A stretch of DNA of 64,000 nt from contig JAMCRD010000005.1 of the NCBI GenBank assembly GCA_023380475.1, forward strand, positions 16,087-80,086. Direction: 5' to 3'. Made by a program: the position numbers and the translations under genes. Positions 37,382-47,167 of the stretch are shown piece by piece; the stretch's first letter is position 1; each line of letters begins with the position of its first letter. This DNA comes from Patescibacteria group bacterium (GTDB taxonomy: Bacteria; Patescibacteriota; Minisyncoccia; UBA6257; Colwellbacteraceae). The notes beneath the pieces were generated by a model, which made no database searches, was not told the origin of the DNA, and saw only the letters and a program-made list of their open reading frames with translations.

Positions 37382-39114
37382 TGGACGACAAAACGTTGAT
37401 TGAGGCGCTGATCAAGAAGTCGTTGCTGCTTCCGGAAAGCGGTCAAAAGTTGCTGACCGAGGCAGCCCAAGTAAAACAGCCGGTCGAAGCTCTAATTTAT
37501 GGTCGCCGCCTAGTTGACGAAGTCGAGGTGGCCAAGGTTAAGAGCGAACTTTTAGGCATACCTTACAAGCCGGTTGATTTTGATAAGATCCCGGACGATC
37601 TCCTTAAACTGATACCGGAAGAGACGGCTCAAACTTACCGCGTCATTCCGCTTTCGCGCGACGCCAAAATGCTGGTAATCGGTATGGTTAATCCCAGCGA
37701 TACGAGAGCTCAAGAGGCGTTAAGGTTCATCGCCAAGCAGAACCGGATAAGCTTGGGGGTTTACATAGTTACCCCCTCCGATCTTGAGCTCGTTCTGCAG
37801 CGGTACCACCCCTATCAATCGGAGGTACAATCGGCGCTCAGTTCCTTGAATATAAAACCTGGTAAAAATGAGGTACAGCGGATAATCCAGATCGAGGAAG
37901 GATCGTCGGTTTCAGAGGACGCTCCTATCATAAAGATAGTAGCGTCTACCCTAAGATCGGCGGTCGAGGAGAACGCATCAGATATTCATATTGAGCCGCA
38001 GCGTTCTAGGCTGCGCATCCGTTTCAGGACAGACGGTATATTGAAGGAGGTGGCTTCGTTGCCGCTAGAGCTGGCGCAGCCGGTGGTCTCGCGGGTGAAG
38101 GTGCTGTCCAGCTTGAAGATAGACGAGACAAGAATCCCGCAGGACGGACGTTTTCGGACGGTGGTTTTCGGCCGAGACATAGACTTTCGCGTTTCTACTT
38201 TTCCGACGCCGGCCGGTGAAAAAGTGGCCATACGTGTTTTGGACCCAACGGTAGGATTGAAAGGCGTAGATAATCTAGGCCTGGTCGGACGCAACTCGGA
38301 TCTTGTTACTTCGGCTCTCAAGAGGCCTTACGGAATGATTTTGGTCACTGGGCCCACTGGTTCAGGTAAGACAACCACTCTTTACGCCTTGCTCCAAGTT
38401 TTGAACACAGAAGCAGTCAACATTCTGAGTTTGGAAGACCCGGTTGAGTATTTTGTTGACGGCTTGAACCAATCGCAGGTGCGGCCGGAGATTGGCTATG
38501 ACTTCGCCTCAGGTTTGCGGCAGATTGTACGTCAGGACCCGGATGTCATAATGGTCGGAGAAATACGTGATACCGAAACGGCTAAGTTGGCTGTGCAGGC
38601 AGCTCTGACGGGACAGATAGTTCTATCCACCTTGCATACCAACAATGCCGTTGGTGTCATCCCGAGGCTGGTTGATATGGGGGTCGAGTCATTCCTTTTA
38701 CCGACATCTCTTAATCTTATGGTGTCACAGCGCCTGGTGCGCCGTTTGTGCGATTCGTGTAAAAAAGCAGAGGAAGCGACACCAGACATGCAGGAGTTAA
38801 TTGAAAAGGAGTTAGGGTTGTTGCCGACTGAGGCGCGTAAGAACATTAAATACAGCAAGCCGTTTAAGATATACCACGCTCCGGGTTGTAAGGTTTGCAA
38901 GGGGAAGGGTGCCATCGGACGTATTGCCCTCTTTGAGGTGATGACTATGACTAGAGAGCTAGAGGAGGCTGTGGCTTCAGGCGTAGAAGAAAGCAAGATA
39001 ATCGACGAAGCCAAACGGCAGGGGATGATTACTCTTCGTCAGGACGGAATACTCAAGGCCTTGGATGGCGTGGTAAGCATGGAGGAAGTGCTCCGCGAGA
39101 GCACGGAGTCGTGA
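37381..39114 (+). CDS. pilB: Type IV pilus extension ATPase PilB/GspE
   Basis: ASDIHIEP, PQDGR, GPTGSGKTTTLY, EDPVEY, RQDPDVIMVGEIRD, tetracysteine motif. Confidence 0.95.
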   Translation: MDDKTLIEALIKKSLLLPESGQKLLTEAAQVKQPVEALIYGRRLVDEVEVAKVKSELLGIPYKPVDFDKIPDDLLKLIPEETAQTYRVIPLSRDAKMLVIGMVNPSDTRAQEALRFIAKQNRISLGVYIVTPSDLELVLQRYHPYQSEVQSALSSLNIKPGKNEVQRIIQIEEGSSVSEDAPIIKIVASTLRSAVEENASDIHIEPQRSRLRIRFRTDGILKEVASLPLELAQPVVSRVKVLSSLKIDETRIPQDGRFRTVVFGRDIDFRVSTFPTPAGEKVAIRVLDPTVGLKGVDNLGLVGRNSDLVTSALKRPYGMILVTGPTGSGKTTTLYALLQVLNTEAVNILSLEDPVEYFVDGLNQSQVRPEIGYDFASGLRQIVRQDPDVIMVGEIRDTETAKLAVQAALTGQIVLSTLHTNNAVGVIPRLVDMGVESFLLPTSLNLMVSQRLVRRLCDSCKKAEEATPDMQELIEKELGLLPTEARKNIKYSKPFKIYHAPGCKVCKGKGAIGRIALFEVMTMTRELEEAVASGVEESKIIDEAKRQGMITLRQDGILKALDGVVSMEEVLRESTES

Positions 39115-39127
39115 TACAATAACAAAT

Positions 39128-40198
39128 ATGGATTACAAGCAAAAACTTAACGATTTGTTGCTAACCACCGCCAGACAGAATGCGTCCGATTTGCACATAG
39201 CCGTAGGACGCAAGCCAACCCTCAGGGTTGATGGTGTGCTGATCGGTCTACAGAAAGAGGATATTCTCACTCCCGAGGACGCTCAGGGATTAGTCTTGAC
39301 CATGCTGACCGAGGAGCAGAAGCAAAAGCTTGTAAAGTACGGCGACGTCGATTTTTCATACACCTTTGAAGACAAGGCCCGCTTCAGGGTGAACGCCTTC
39401 TTCCAGCGCGGCTTTATGGCCGCGGCGCTGAGGCTAATACCGGCTGGCATACGTACGGTAGAAGAATTGCGTTTGCCGCCAATCCTGCATGAATTTACCA
39501 AAATAAATCAGGGCTTCGTCCTGGTTGTCGGTCCGGCTGGCCAAGGCAAGTCAACGACGCTGGCGGCACTCTTGGATGAGATTAACCACAAGCGGACTGA
39601 CCACATTATCACCATTGAGGACCCAATCGAATATCTTTTCGTGCAGGATCGGTCTATCGTCTCGCAACGCGAGATAATGACCGACAGCCCTTCTTTCCAT
39701 CGCTCGTTGCGGTCGCTTCTAAGGCAAGATCCGGACGCGGTGATGATAGGGGAGATGCGCGACCCGGAAACGATGTCCACGGCGATGACGGCGGCTGAAA
39801 CAGGCCACTTGGTTTTTTCGACTTTGCACACCAACTCGGCAGCGCAGACAATAGACCGCATTATCGATTCGTTCCCAGCCGAGCAGCAGGGTCAGATCAT
39901 GTCCCAGTTGGCAGCGACCTTGGTGGGCATAGTCTCGCAGCGTCTCATTCCGCGCATTGATGGCGGCCGTACGCCGGCTTGCGAAGTAATGTTCACCAAT
40001 TCGGCCATTCGCAATCTCATTCGTGAGCGCAAGGTTTACCAGATCGACTTGGTTATTGAGACCAGCCTGCAGGAGGGCATGACAAGCTTGAACCGCTCGC
40101 TGGCGGAGTTGATCAAGCGCAAGGAAATTTCTTTGGAAAATGGGGAACTTTATTCACTTAACCCCTCCGAACTCAGGATACTGCTGGAGCGTATGTGA
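39128..40198 (+). CDS. pilT: Type IV pilus retraction ATPase PilT
   Basis: ASDLHI, GPAGQGKSTT, EDPIE, LRQDPD, AIRNLIRE motif. Confidence 0.95.
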   Translation: MDYKQKLNDLLLTTARQNASDLHIAVGRKPTLRVDGVLIGLQKEDILTPEDAQGLVLTMLTEEQKQKLVKYGDVDFSYTFEDKARFRVNAFFQRGFMAAALRLIPAGIRTVEELRLPPILHEFTKINQGFVLVVGPAGQGKSTTLAALLDEINHKRTDHIITIEDPIEYLFVQDRSIVSQREIMTDSPSFHRSLRSLLRQDPDAVMIGEMRDPETMSTAMTAAETGHLVFSTLHTNSAAQTIDRIIDSFPAEQQGQIMSQLAATLVGIVSQRLIPRIDGGRTPACEVMFTNSAIRNLIRERKVYQIDLVIETSLQEGMTSLNRSLAELIKRKEISLENGELYSLNPSELRILLERM

Positions 40199-40225
40199 TC
40201 CCCGTGATAGGGAAGATTGTAAGCA

Positions 40226-41434
40226 ATGAAGCTTAATTATAAGGCTCGAACCAAAGAAGGTGAGCTACAAGTTGGCTCAATTGAGGCTGCTTCACGGGAG
40301 GCAGCCATGAATATCCTGTCCAGCCACGATCTCTTTATCCTTTCACTGGAACAGGAAAAACAAGGTCGCTGGTACGACCAGATCATGGCCTTTATGAATC
40401 GGGTCAAGGCCAAGGACATGATGGTTTTCACCAGGCAGTTTGCCACCCTGCTCTCGGCGCAGGTTCCATTAGGTGAGGCTCTGCGCACTCTCCAAAAGCA
40501 GACCAAGAACCAGATACTCAAGGAAACCATCTTCGAGGTTGCCTCGGATATCGATGCTGGCCTGTCTCTGTCCCAATCGCTGGAGAAGTATAGCAACGTG
40601 TTCTCGCCGTTTTATGTGAACATGATCCGATCAGCTGAAGTCACGGGCCGGATGGAACAAACCACTGGTTTCTTGGCGGATTACATTGAGAAGGAAGTCG
40701 CCATAACTTCCCGGGTTTATAATGCCCTGCTTTACCCGGCGTTCATGATCGTTTTGTTCGTAGTTGTCGCGGCTATCATGGCCATCTTTGTACTGCCTCA
40801 GATTGAACCAATTTTTAGCCAGGCCGGTGTGCCGACGCCTCTGTTTACTCAGGTGATAATCGATGCCGGCAATATCCTAGCTAACTGGTGGTACATAGTG
40901 ATAATTGCCATTGTCGCCTTGGTTGGGTTCGTGGCCGACTATCTTAGGACCGAAGAAGGACGAGTGGTCTTGGACGAAGTGGTCTTGCGCATACCAGTGG
41001 TAAACAACCTTTTGAAAAAAATGTACGTATCACGTTTCGCCGAGTCGGTGAGTATCCTCACCCGCGGCGGTATTCCTATAGCCCAAAGTTTAGAGATAGC
41101 CGGGCAAACGATAGGTAGCATCATTTATCGCGACACACTCCACCAAACAGCCGAGGATGTAAGGCGGGGAGAACTGTTATCCCAGTCTTTGGCTAAGAAT
41201 GAGGAATATTTTCCGCCGCTGGTGTCGCAGATGGTGGCGGTAGGCGAATCAACTGGGCGGCTCGACGACCTGCTGGAGAAGATAGCCGCGTTTTACACCA
41301 GGGAAGTTGATGGAGTCGTGGCTAATTTAGTAGAATTAATACAGCCTGTATTGATGTTGATAATCGGTATTTTGGTCGCAGCGATGTTCGCTTCCATCCT
41401 TGTGCCGATATATAATCTATTGCATACCTTCTAA
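40226..41434 (+). CDS. pilC: Type IV pilus platform protein PilC/GspF
   Basis: FTRQFATLL, AEVTGRME, ALLYP, GESTGRLD; two T2SSF repeats. Confidence 0.93.
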   Translation: MKLNYKARTKEGELQVGSIEAASREAAMNILSSHDLFILSLEQEKQGRWYDQIMAFMNRVKAKDMMVFTRQFATLLSAQVPLGEALRTLQKQTKNQILKETIFEVASDIDAGLSLSQSLEKYSNVFSPFYVNMIRSAEVTGRMEQTTGFLADYIEKEVAITSRVYNALLYPAFMIVLFVVVAAIMAIFVLPQIEPIFSQAGVPTPLFTQVIIDAGNILANWWYIVIIAIVALVGFVADYLRTEEGRVVLDEVVLRIPVVNNLLKKMYVSRFAESVSILTRGGIPIAQSLEIAGQTIGSIIYRDTLHQTAEDVRRGELLSQSLAKNEEYFPPLVSQMVAVGESTGRLDDLLEKIAAFYTREVDGVVANLVELIQPVLMLIIGILVAAMFASILVPIYNLLHTF

Positions 41435-41440
41435 TTAACT

Positions 41441-41947
41441 ATGAATAAGGGCCAGCGAGGTTTTACGCTTATCGAAATGCTGATCGTCATCGCAATCATC
41501 GCGATCCTTTCGGCCATAGTATTGACCAGTGTAAGCAGTTTCCAGGCCAGTGCCAGGGATACGGCGAGAGTAGGCAATCTCAAGAACATTGAGAGTTATC
41601 TAGAACTCTTCTACAACAAATGCGGTTACTATCCTGGCTATCAAGGCGGTAGCTCCAGCTGCAATGCGACGCTACAGGGTTGGGGCGACCTATCCACCCT
41701 GATGGCCAACGTTGGCGTAACTAGCCAACTTCCCAAGGATCCGTCGGCCGGAAGGTCATTCTGCTATGGGGTAAGCAGCGACGGTAACAGTTATATAGTC
41801 GGTACGGTACTGGAGAGTAGCAACAGTGTTCTCAATAACAACGGTACTGGCCCAAGCAGCACTAGCAGTGTTACCTCCTTGCAAATACTAGGTAACCCTA
41901 CCTGTGGTGGTAACAATAGTGCAACCACCTATTGGATTAACTCTTAA
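41441..41947 (+). CDS. Type IV pilin (GspG-like; candidate major pilin)
   Basis: QRG|FTLIEMLIVIAII, ARDTAR, LPKDP. Confidence 0.88.
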   Translation: MNKGQRGFTLIEMLIVIAIIAILSAIVLTSVSSFQASARDTARVGNLKNIESYLELFYNKCGYYPGYQGGSSSCNATLQGWGDLSTLMANVGVTSQLPKDPSAGRSFCYGVSSDGNSYIVGTVLESSNSVLNNNGTGPSSTSSVTSLQILGNPTCGGNNSATTYWINS

Positions 41948-41979
41948 GCCGTTGATATAAAGCTCTGCTGAATACTGTA

Positions 41980-42843
41980 TTGTACATACTGCTGTTTATC
42001 TTTGGGCTGGCTATAGGCAGTTTTATTAACGTTGTCGCTTTGCGCTACCGGGAGGGTAAAAGCATCTTCGCAGACATCTACGGACGATCGCATTGTCCAC
42101 ATTGCGGCAAGACGCTGCGTTGGTACGAACTGATGCCGCTCGTGTCCTTCGTCATCCAAGGCGGCCGCTGCCGTTCCTGCCACGAGCGTATATCTTGGCA
42201 GTACCCGATAGTGGAACTTATCGCCGGACTTATATTGGTCTTAGTGCCTTATCGCCTGATGTCTTTCTATCACGGCATTTATTCTCCCTATCTGCCTATA
42301 TTCATCTGGGTGATAGCTTTCCTGACACTATTACTGATCGCAGCGATAGATTTCAGAAAAAGAATCATCCCAGATAGCCTGACGATATTCATTGCCTCAC
42401 TCGGGGTGGCCATGTTCTTCATCCACGCGTCTTTAGGCGACTTTGGACTTAGCAATGGCCTGATCGGTGGGACGTTTTTAGGTAGCTACGCTTTGATTCT
42501 CTTCTGGGGCAGTTCGTTGCTGGTCAATACTCTATTGGGGCTAGCCTTTGGTTTGGTCTTTGTAGGCTTGGTCTATATTTTGTCGCGCGGTCGGGGTATA
42601 GGTTTTGGCGATGTTAAGCTTGCTGCAGCGACCGGCTTGCTTATGGGCTGGCCGGATATAGCGTTGGCTCTGATCTTGGCCTTTATAATTGGAGGGATAA
42701 TCGGAGGCCTGCTTATGTTGCTGCGCCATAAATCAGGACAAGATTCGGTACCATTCGGACCGTTTATCGCCGCAGGTATTACCTTAGTCTTCTTTTTGGG
42801 GTACGATATTCTTAATGCGTACTTCTATCTATTTAAGCTCTGA
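41980..42843 (+). CDS. pilD: Prepilin peptidase PilD (A24)
   Basis: GSFINV, RSHCPHC...GRCRSC, AIDF, GFGDVKL, PFGPF. Confidence 0.93.
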   Translation: MYILLFIFGLAIGSFINVVALRYREGKSIFADIYGRSHCPHCGKTLRWYELMPLVSFVIQGGRCRSCHERISWQYPIVELIAGLILVLVPYRLMSFYHGIYSPYLPIFIWVIAFLTLLLIAAIDFRKRIIPDSLTIFIASLGVAMFFIHASLGDFGLSNGLIGGTFLGSYALILFWGSSLLVNTLLGLAFGLVFVGLVYILSRGRGIGFGDVKLAAATGLLMGWPDIALALILAFIIGGIIGGLLMLLRHKSGQDSVPFGPFIAAGITLVFFLGYDILNAYFYLFKL

Positions 42844-43420
42844 GACGCAGGTTAGAAGCCGCAGAACTGCGGGTTTTACTCTGATAGAAATACTCGTTAC
42901 TCTGGGCATCTTGGCTGTTCTATCCGCAGTTATGATAGGTTATTCGGCCGAGACCGGCCGTCAGACGTTCATGCTCCTTACTAGGGAACAGATAATACAG
43001 CTATTAAACAGGGCCAAGGCTAACTCGCTGGCGGCATATTCATCAGGCAACGGCGTCCAGAATATGACCACCTGCGGCTACGGAGTGCATGTCGATAGAT
43101 CATCAGGCACACTGTTTGTGTTTCAGAGCAGCTCGGCGGATTGCAACGCCCGGAGCGACTATAGTTTCTCTTCAAGTACCGATACTGTTTTAAGTGGCTC
43201 GATAGACTCATACCAGATCGATCCAACCAAGTTGCAACTTATATCCAACGCTACCACTACTCTGTTGCAGGACGTTGTTTTCACTTCGCCCAACGAGCTG
43301 ACGTATATAAACGGTGGCGATACGGTTACAGCAGCCGGCATTAAGCTGGAGCTTGTAAGCGATCCCAACGAAAAGATAGAGGTTGACGTAAACAATGCGG
43401 GACAAATTAGCTGGCAATAA
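42815..43420 (+). CDS. Minor pilin (FimT/GspH-like)
   Basis: TAG|FTLIEILV; ends in VNNAGQI. Confidence 0.82.
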   Translation: MRTSIYLSSETQVRSRRTAGFTLIEILVTLGILAVLSAVMIGYSAETGRQTFMLLTREQIIQLLNRAKANSLAAYSSGNGVQNMTTCGYGVHVDRSSGTLFVFQSSSADCNARSDYSFSSSTDTVLSGSIDSYQIDPTKLQLISNATTTLLQDVVFTSPNELTYINGGDTVTAAGIKLELVSDPNEKIEVDVNNAGQISWQ

Positions 43421-43934
43421 CCAGGGACAATTGCTTATCGAAGCCATGGTGGCCATGGGCGTGATATCAGTGGGGCTACTGGGCGTATTCTCGGTGCTAT
43501 CCAACTCTCTTGGTATAAGCAAGATTACTTCCAATCAGTATGTCGGCACCTACTTAGCCGCCGAAGGGATCGAGGTTGTGAAGAACATAATCGACAACAA
43601 TGTCTACAATCAGGTCTCGGGTGGGTGGAACGCCGGCTTAGTCCAAAACGGTGGCTCGCCCTACACCTTCGCCGTTGAGTATGATAGTCCAGCTCCAAAT
43701 CAATCTGAGTCAAGGAGATCTTTCCAGTCGACCGATTTTCTTAGATTCGATTCCAGTACGGGCCTTTACGACTATAACCCCTCAGACAGTCAGACTACAT
43801 TCAAAAGGGCGGTGACTGTTACTAGTTTGGATTCTAACAACGAACTACAGGTGGATTCAGTTGTGAGCTGGGTCGACCAAGGAGGAACGCCGGACTCGGT
43901 AAAACTAGAAGACGTCTTCTATAACTGGCGATGA
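43395..43934 (+). CDS. Minor pilin (PilV-like)
   Basis: NQG|QLLIEAMV, AAEGIEVVKNI, FKRAVTV, VVSW. Confidence 0.8.
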   Translation: MRDKLAGNNQGQLLIEAMVAMGVISVGLLGVFSVLSNSLGISKITSNQYVGTYLAAEGIEVVKNIIDNNVYNQVSGGWNAGLVQNGGSPYTFAVEYDSPAPNQSESRRSFQSTDFLRFDSSTGLYDYNPSDSQTTFKRAVTVTSLDSNNELQVDSVVSWVDQGGTPDSVKLEDVFYNWR

Positions 43935-44470
43935 GCATAAATAAATCTGTCCCCAAATCAGGTTGGCAAAGTGGTTTCACTCTCATTGAGCTGATGGTAG
44001 CTATGGCTATATTTCTTATACTTATCTCTTTGTCGACGGCGATATTCATTCAGACGTTGCGTACGCAGCAGGAAATTACAAACATAACTGGGAACAACGA
44101 AAGCGCCTCGGAGGTCTTGGAGCAGATATCGCGCGATGTACGCACGGGAACCAATTTTTCCATACCTGATCAGCACACCCTGACGTTTCTTAGTGCGCAA
44201 TTTCTTGGTAAGCAAGGAAATTACCAGATAGTAGGATACAAACTGGTGGGGGATGCCATCGCCCGCTGTTTAGGCGGAAAGTGCCAGCAGGGTACGTATG
44301 ATCCTATTACTCCTCCGGGGGTTAACATAGCCGATATGAGTTTCTGGGGTATGAATTTGACCTCGGGTATTCCGCGCATAACCATTACCATTGCTGTAAC
44401 AACCCCGACCGGCGCACAGCCGCAAGTTGATACCTATCTTGAGACGACAATCAGTGCCAGAAACTACTAA
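43931..44470 (+). CDS. Minor pilin (PilW/GspJ-like)
   Basis: QSG|FTLIELMV, LEQISRDVR, ETTISAR. Confidence 0.82.
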   Translation: MSINKSVPKSGWQSGFTLIELMVAMAIFLILISLSTAIFIQTLRTQQEITNITGNNESASEVLEQISRDVRTGTNFSIPDQHTLTFLSAQFLGKQGNYQIVGYKLVGDAIARCLGGKCQQGTYDPITPPGVNIADMSFWGMNLTSGIPRITITIAVTTPTGAQPQVDTYLETTISARNY

Positions 44471-44472
44471 CC

Positions 44473-44859
44473 ATGATAATCCGCGCTAAGACAAAAGCTG
44501 AGGGAGTTAAAGGACAAGTTATGTTGCTTACGGCTATGCTGGTATCGGCCATAGTCATCGCCGCTACATCTTTAGCTGGGTTGCTTACTCTTTACCAGTT
44601 GCGCCAAGTGACAGACGTGAAGGGATCCGGCGCAGCTATCTTTGCGGCTGACGCTGGTGTGGAGTGCCTGGCCTATGACAGGTTTGCTAGCGGTACAGCC
44701 GAGTGCAGCAGAGGTGTTTTAAACAACGGGGCTTCTTTCGTTACCACCAGCACCGCTCCGGGGGTGTACGTTTCCATTGGTACCTCCGGCAGATCCAGCC
44801 GTGCTCTGCAGATAAATTTCAACAACATTGCTAGTTCGACTGCTAGTTCCACTCCATGA
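44473..44859 (+). CDS. PilX-like minor pilin
   Basis: KG|QVMLL without Glu5; AIFAADAGVE motif. Confidence 0.72.
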   Translation: MIIRAKTKAEGVKGQVMLLTAMLVSAIVIAATSLAGLLTLYQLRQVTDVKGSGAAIFAADAGVECLAYDRFASGTAECSRGVLNNGASFVTTSTAPGVYVSIGTSGRSSRALQINFNNIASSTASSTP

Positions 44860-46880
44860 TTCTAAAAGAAGCCAAAGAGCGTGTTGACCATCTCAAAAAA
44901 CTGATTGATAAGTACCGCTACTCGAGGCTGGTACTTAACAAGGAGCTCATTTCCCCCGAGGCTGAAGACACTCTTAAGAAAGAACTTTTCGATTTAGAGC
45001 AGGAATTTCCAAAACTTGTCACACCCGACTCGCCGACGCAGCGCGTGGCCGGCAAGCCATTGGCTAAATTCAAGAAAGTCAGGCACGAGATGCGTATGCT
45101 TTCCTTCAATGACGCCTTCTCAGAAGACGACATGAGGGACTGGTTGAAACGGCTGAGCAATTCCGTCGGCCGAGAAGTAACCGGGCCGTTTTATGCTGAA
45201 TTGAAGTTCGACGGCTTATCGATAGAACTGGTATATGAAAATGGCGCATTCACCCAGGGGTCAACTCGCGGCGACGGCCAGACAGGTGAAGATGTCACCC
45301 AAAACTTAAAAACAATCGAGGCTATCCCGCTTAGTCTCAAGCCCGGCGAAGCTGGGCTGACCGCCCCGAAGCATCTGGTGGTACGGGGCGAGATTCTGAT
45401 GACCAGACGAGAATTCGCGCGGGCCAACAAAGAACAGGCCAAGAAAGGGGAGAAAGAATTTGCTAATCCGCGCAATATGGCTGCCGGCTCGATTAGACAG
45501 CTGGATCCTAAAGTGACCGCTGTCCGGAAGCTGACCACCAATGAATATGACATTGTGAGTGGCTTTGACGTGCCTACCCATAGCGAGGAGCACAAAATAC
45601 TCCGCGGCTTGGGTTTCAAAACTAACCCTGATACAAAACTCTGCAGCAACTTGGAAGAAGTTTTCGAATTTCATAAATACTGGGAGCAGCATCGCGAATC
45701 GCTGGACTTCGAAATAGATGGCATAGTGGTTATCCTGAATGACAACGAGCTTTATGACCGCGCCGGAGTTGTTGGTAAGGCTCCGCGGGCGGCAATCGCC
45801 TATAAGTTCTCTCCGCGAGAAGCTACAACCGTCGTTGAAGATATAAAAGTCCAAGTCGGGCGCACCGGGGCGCTGACTCCGGTTGCAATCCTAAAGCCGG
45901 TGCAGGTAGGAGGGGTAACTATAACCCATGCCACTCTGCATAACTATGACGAGATAGGACGCCTCGGTGTCAGAATCGGTGACACTATCGTTATCAGCCG
46001 GGCTGGCGATGTCATTCCTCAAGTGACCAAGGTGCTTAAGGAGCTGCGTACGGGCAGGGAACGACAGTTCAAGATGCCCAATATATGCCCCGTCGATGGT
46101 TCCAAGGTTATAAAAGATGGCGTTATTTACCGCTGCTCCAACAAATCGTGTGGTGCCAGGTTGCGCGAGACACTTAGGCACTTTGTCTCGGCTTTGGACA
46201 TCCAGGGTCTGGGTCCTCAAATTATCGACCGCTTCCTCGATGAGGGCTTGGTTAGCGACGCCGCTGATTTCTTCACCCTCAAGGGAGGCGACATAGCGGC
46301 GCTGGAGCGGTTTGGTGAAAAGTCTGCCGGAAATATTCTGGCAGAGATAAACAGCAAGAAGCGAGTTAGTCTCCCCAAATTTATTAACGCCTTAGGCATC
46401 CTCCATATCGGAGAGGAAACAGCTAGATTGCTGGCAGTGTTCTTTTCAGAAAAGATCATTGTTAAAGCGCCGAGCGACTTGCTTAAGGCCTCTGTTTCTA
46501 TTTCAGCGGAAGAACTGCAGAGTATACCCGATATTGGTCCCAAGGTAGCGGCGAGCATAGTCGATTGGTTTAAGAGCAAGAGTAACCGCTCGCTGCTAAA
46601 TAAACTGGACGGTGTTGGGATAACACTGGTTTCTGAAACCGCATCCAAGAAAGGTAAACTTAGCGGCATGACTTTTGTTTTGACCGGCACACTTGAGACC
46701 CTTACCAGGGAAGAGGCCAAAGATAAGATAAGATCGTTGGGAGGTGATACGGTGGAGTCAGTCAGCAAAAACACCGCTTACCTTGTGGCTGGCGCTGAAC
46801 CAGGTTCTAAATATGCCAAGGCTGAGAGTTTGGGAATTAAGATAATCGACGAGAAGGAATTTTTGAGTATTATTAAGTAG
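44856..46880 (+). CDS. ligA: NAD-dependent DNA ligase
   Basis: DSPTQRV, ELKFDG, TRGDG, VRGE, NPRN, QVGRTG, RAGDVIP, C-terminal BRCT. Confidence 0.97.
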   Translation: MILKEAKERVDHLKKLIDKYRYSRLVLNKELISPEAEDTLKKELFDLEQEFPKLVTPDSPTQRVAGKPLAKFKKVRHEMRMLSFNDAFSEDDMRDWLKRLSNSVGREVTGPFYAELKFDGLSIELVYENGAFTQGSTRGDGQTGEDVTQNLKTIEAIPLSLKPGEAGLTAPKHLVVRGEILMTRREFARANKEQAKKGEKEFANPRNMAAGSIRQLDPKVTAVRKLTTNEYDIVSGFDVPTHSEEHKILRGLGFKTNPDTKLCSNLEEVFEFHKYWEQHRESLDFEIDGIVVILNDNELYDRAGVVGKAPRAAIAYKFSPREATTVVEDIKVQVGRTGALTPVAILKPVQVGGVTITHATLHNYDEIGRLGVRIGDTIVISRAGDVIPQVTKVLKELRTGRERQFKMPNICPVDGSKVIKDGVIYRCSNKSCGARLRETLRHFVSALDIQGLGPQIIDRFLDEGLVSDAADFFTLKGGDIAALERFGEKSAGNILAEINSKKRVSLPKFINALGILHIGEETARLLAVFFSEKIIVKAPSDLLKASVSISAEELQSIPDIGPKVAASIVDWFKSKSNRSLLNKLDGVGITLVSETASKKGKLSGMTFVLTGTLETLTREEAKDKIRSLGGDTVESVSKNTAYLVAGAEPGSKYAKAESLGIKIIDEKEFLSIIK

Positions 46881-46882
46881 TT

Positions 46883-47167
46883 ATGGAATTTGACGTTGAA
46901 TATTTTGCGCGCTTGGCGCGTATCAGGCTAACCGATGAGGAGAAGACCAGATTGGCCAAAGAGCTCAGTGATGTCCTAGCTTACGTGGAAGAGCTAAAAC
47001 GAGTGGATACGAAAGACGTTGCTCCTATGACAGGGGGTACAGACCTGCGCAACATCTATCGCGAGGACGAGTCTGTTCGTAATGTCTTTGACGATTGCGG
47101 CAAAGGGCCCGCCAATTTCCCTGATACGAAAGACGGGTTTCTAAAAGTGCCCAAGATTTTTGAATAG
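46883..47167 (+). CDS. gatC: Asp/Glu-tRNA amidotransferase subunit C
   Basis: ARLARI, VEELKRVDT, REDE, FLKVPKI; precedes gatA. Confidence 0.9.
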   Translation: MEFDVEYFARLARIRLTDEEKTRLAKELSDVLAYVEELKRVDTKDVAPMTGGTDLRNIYREDESVRNVFDDCGKGPANFPDTKDGFLKVPKIFE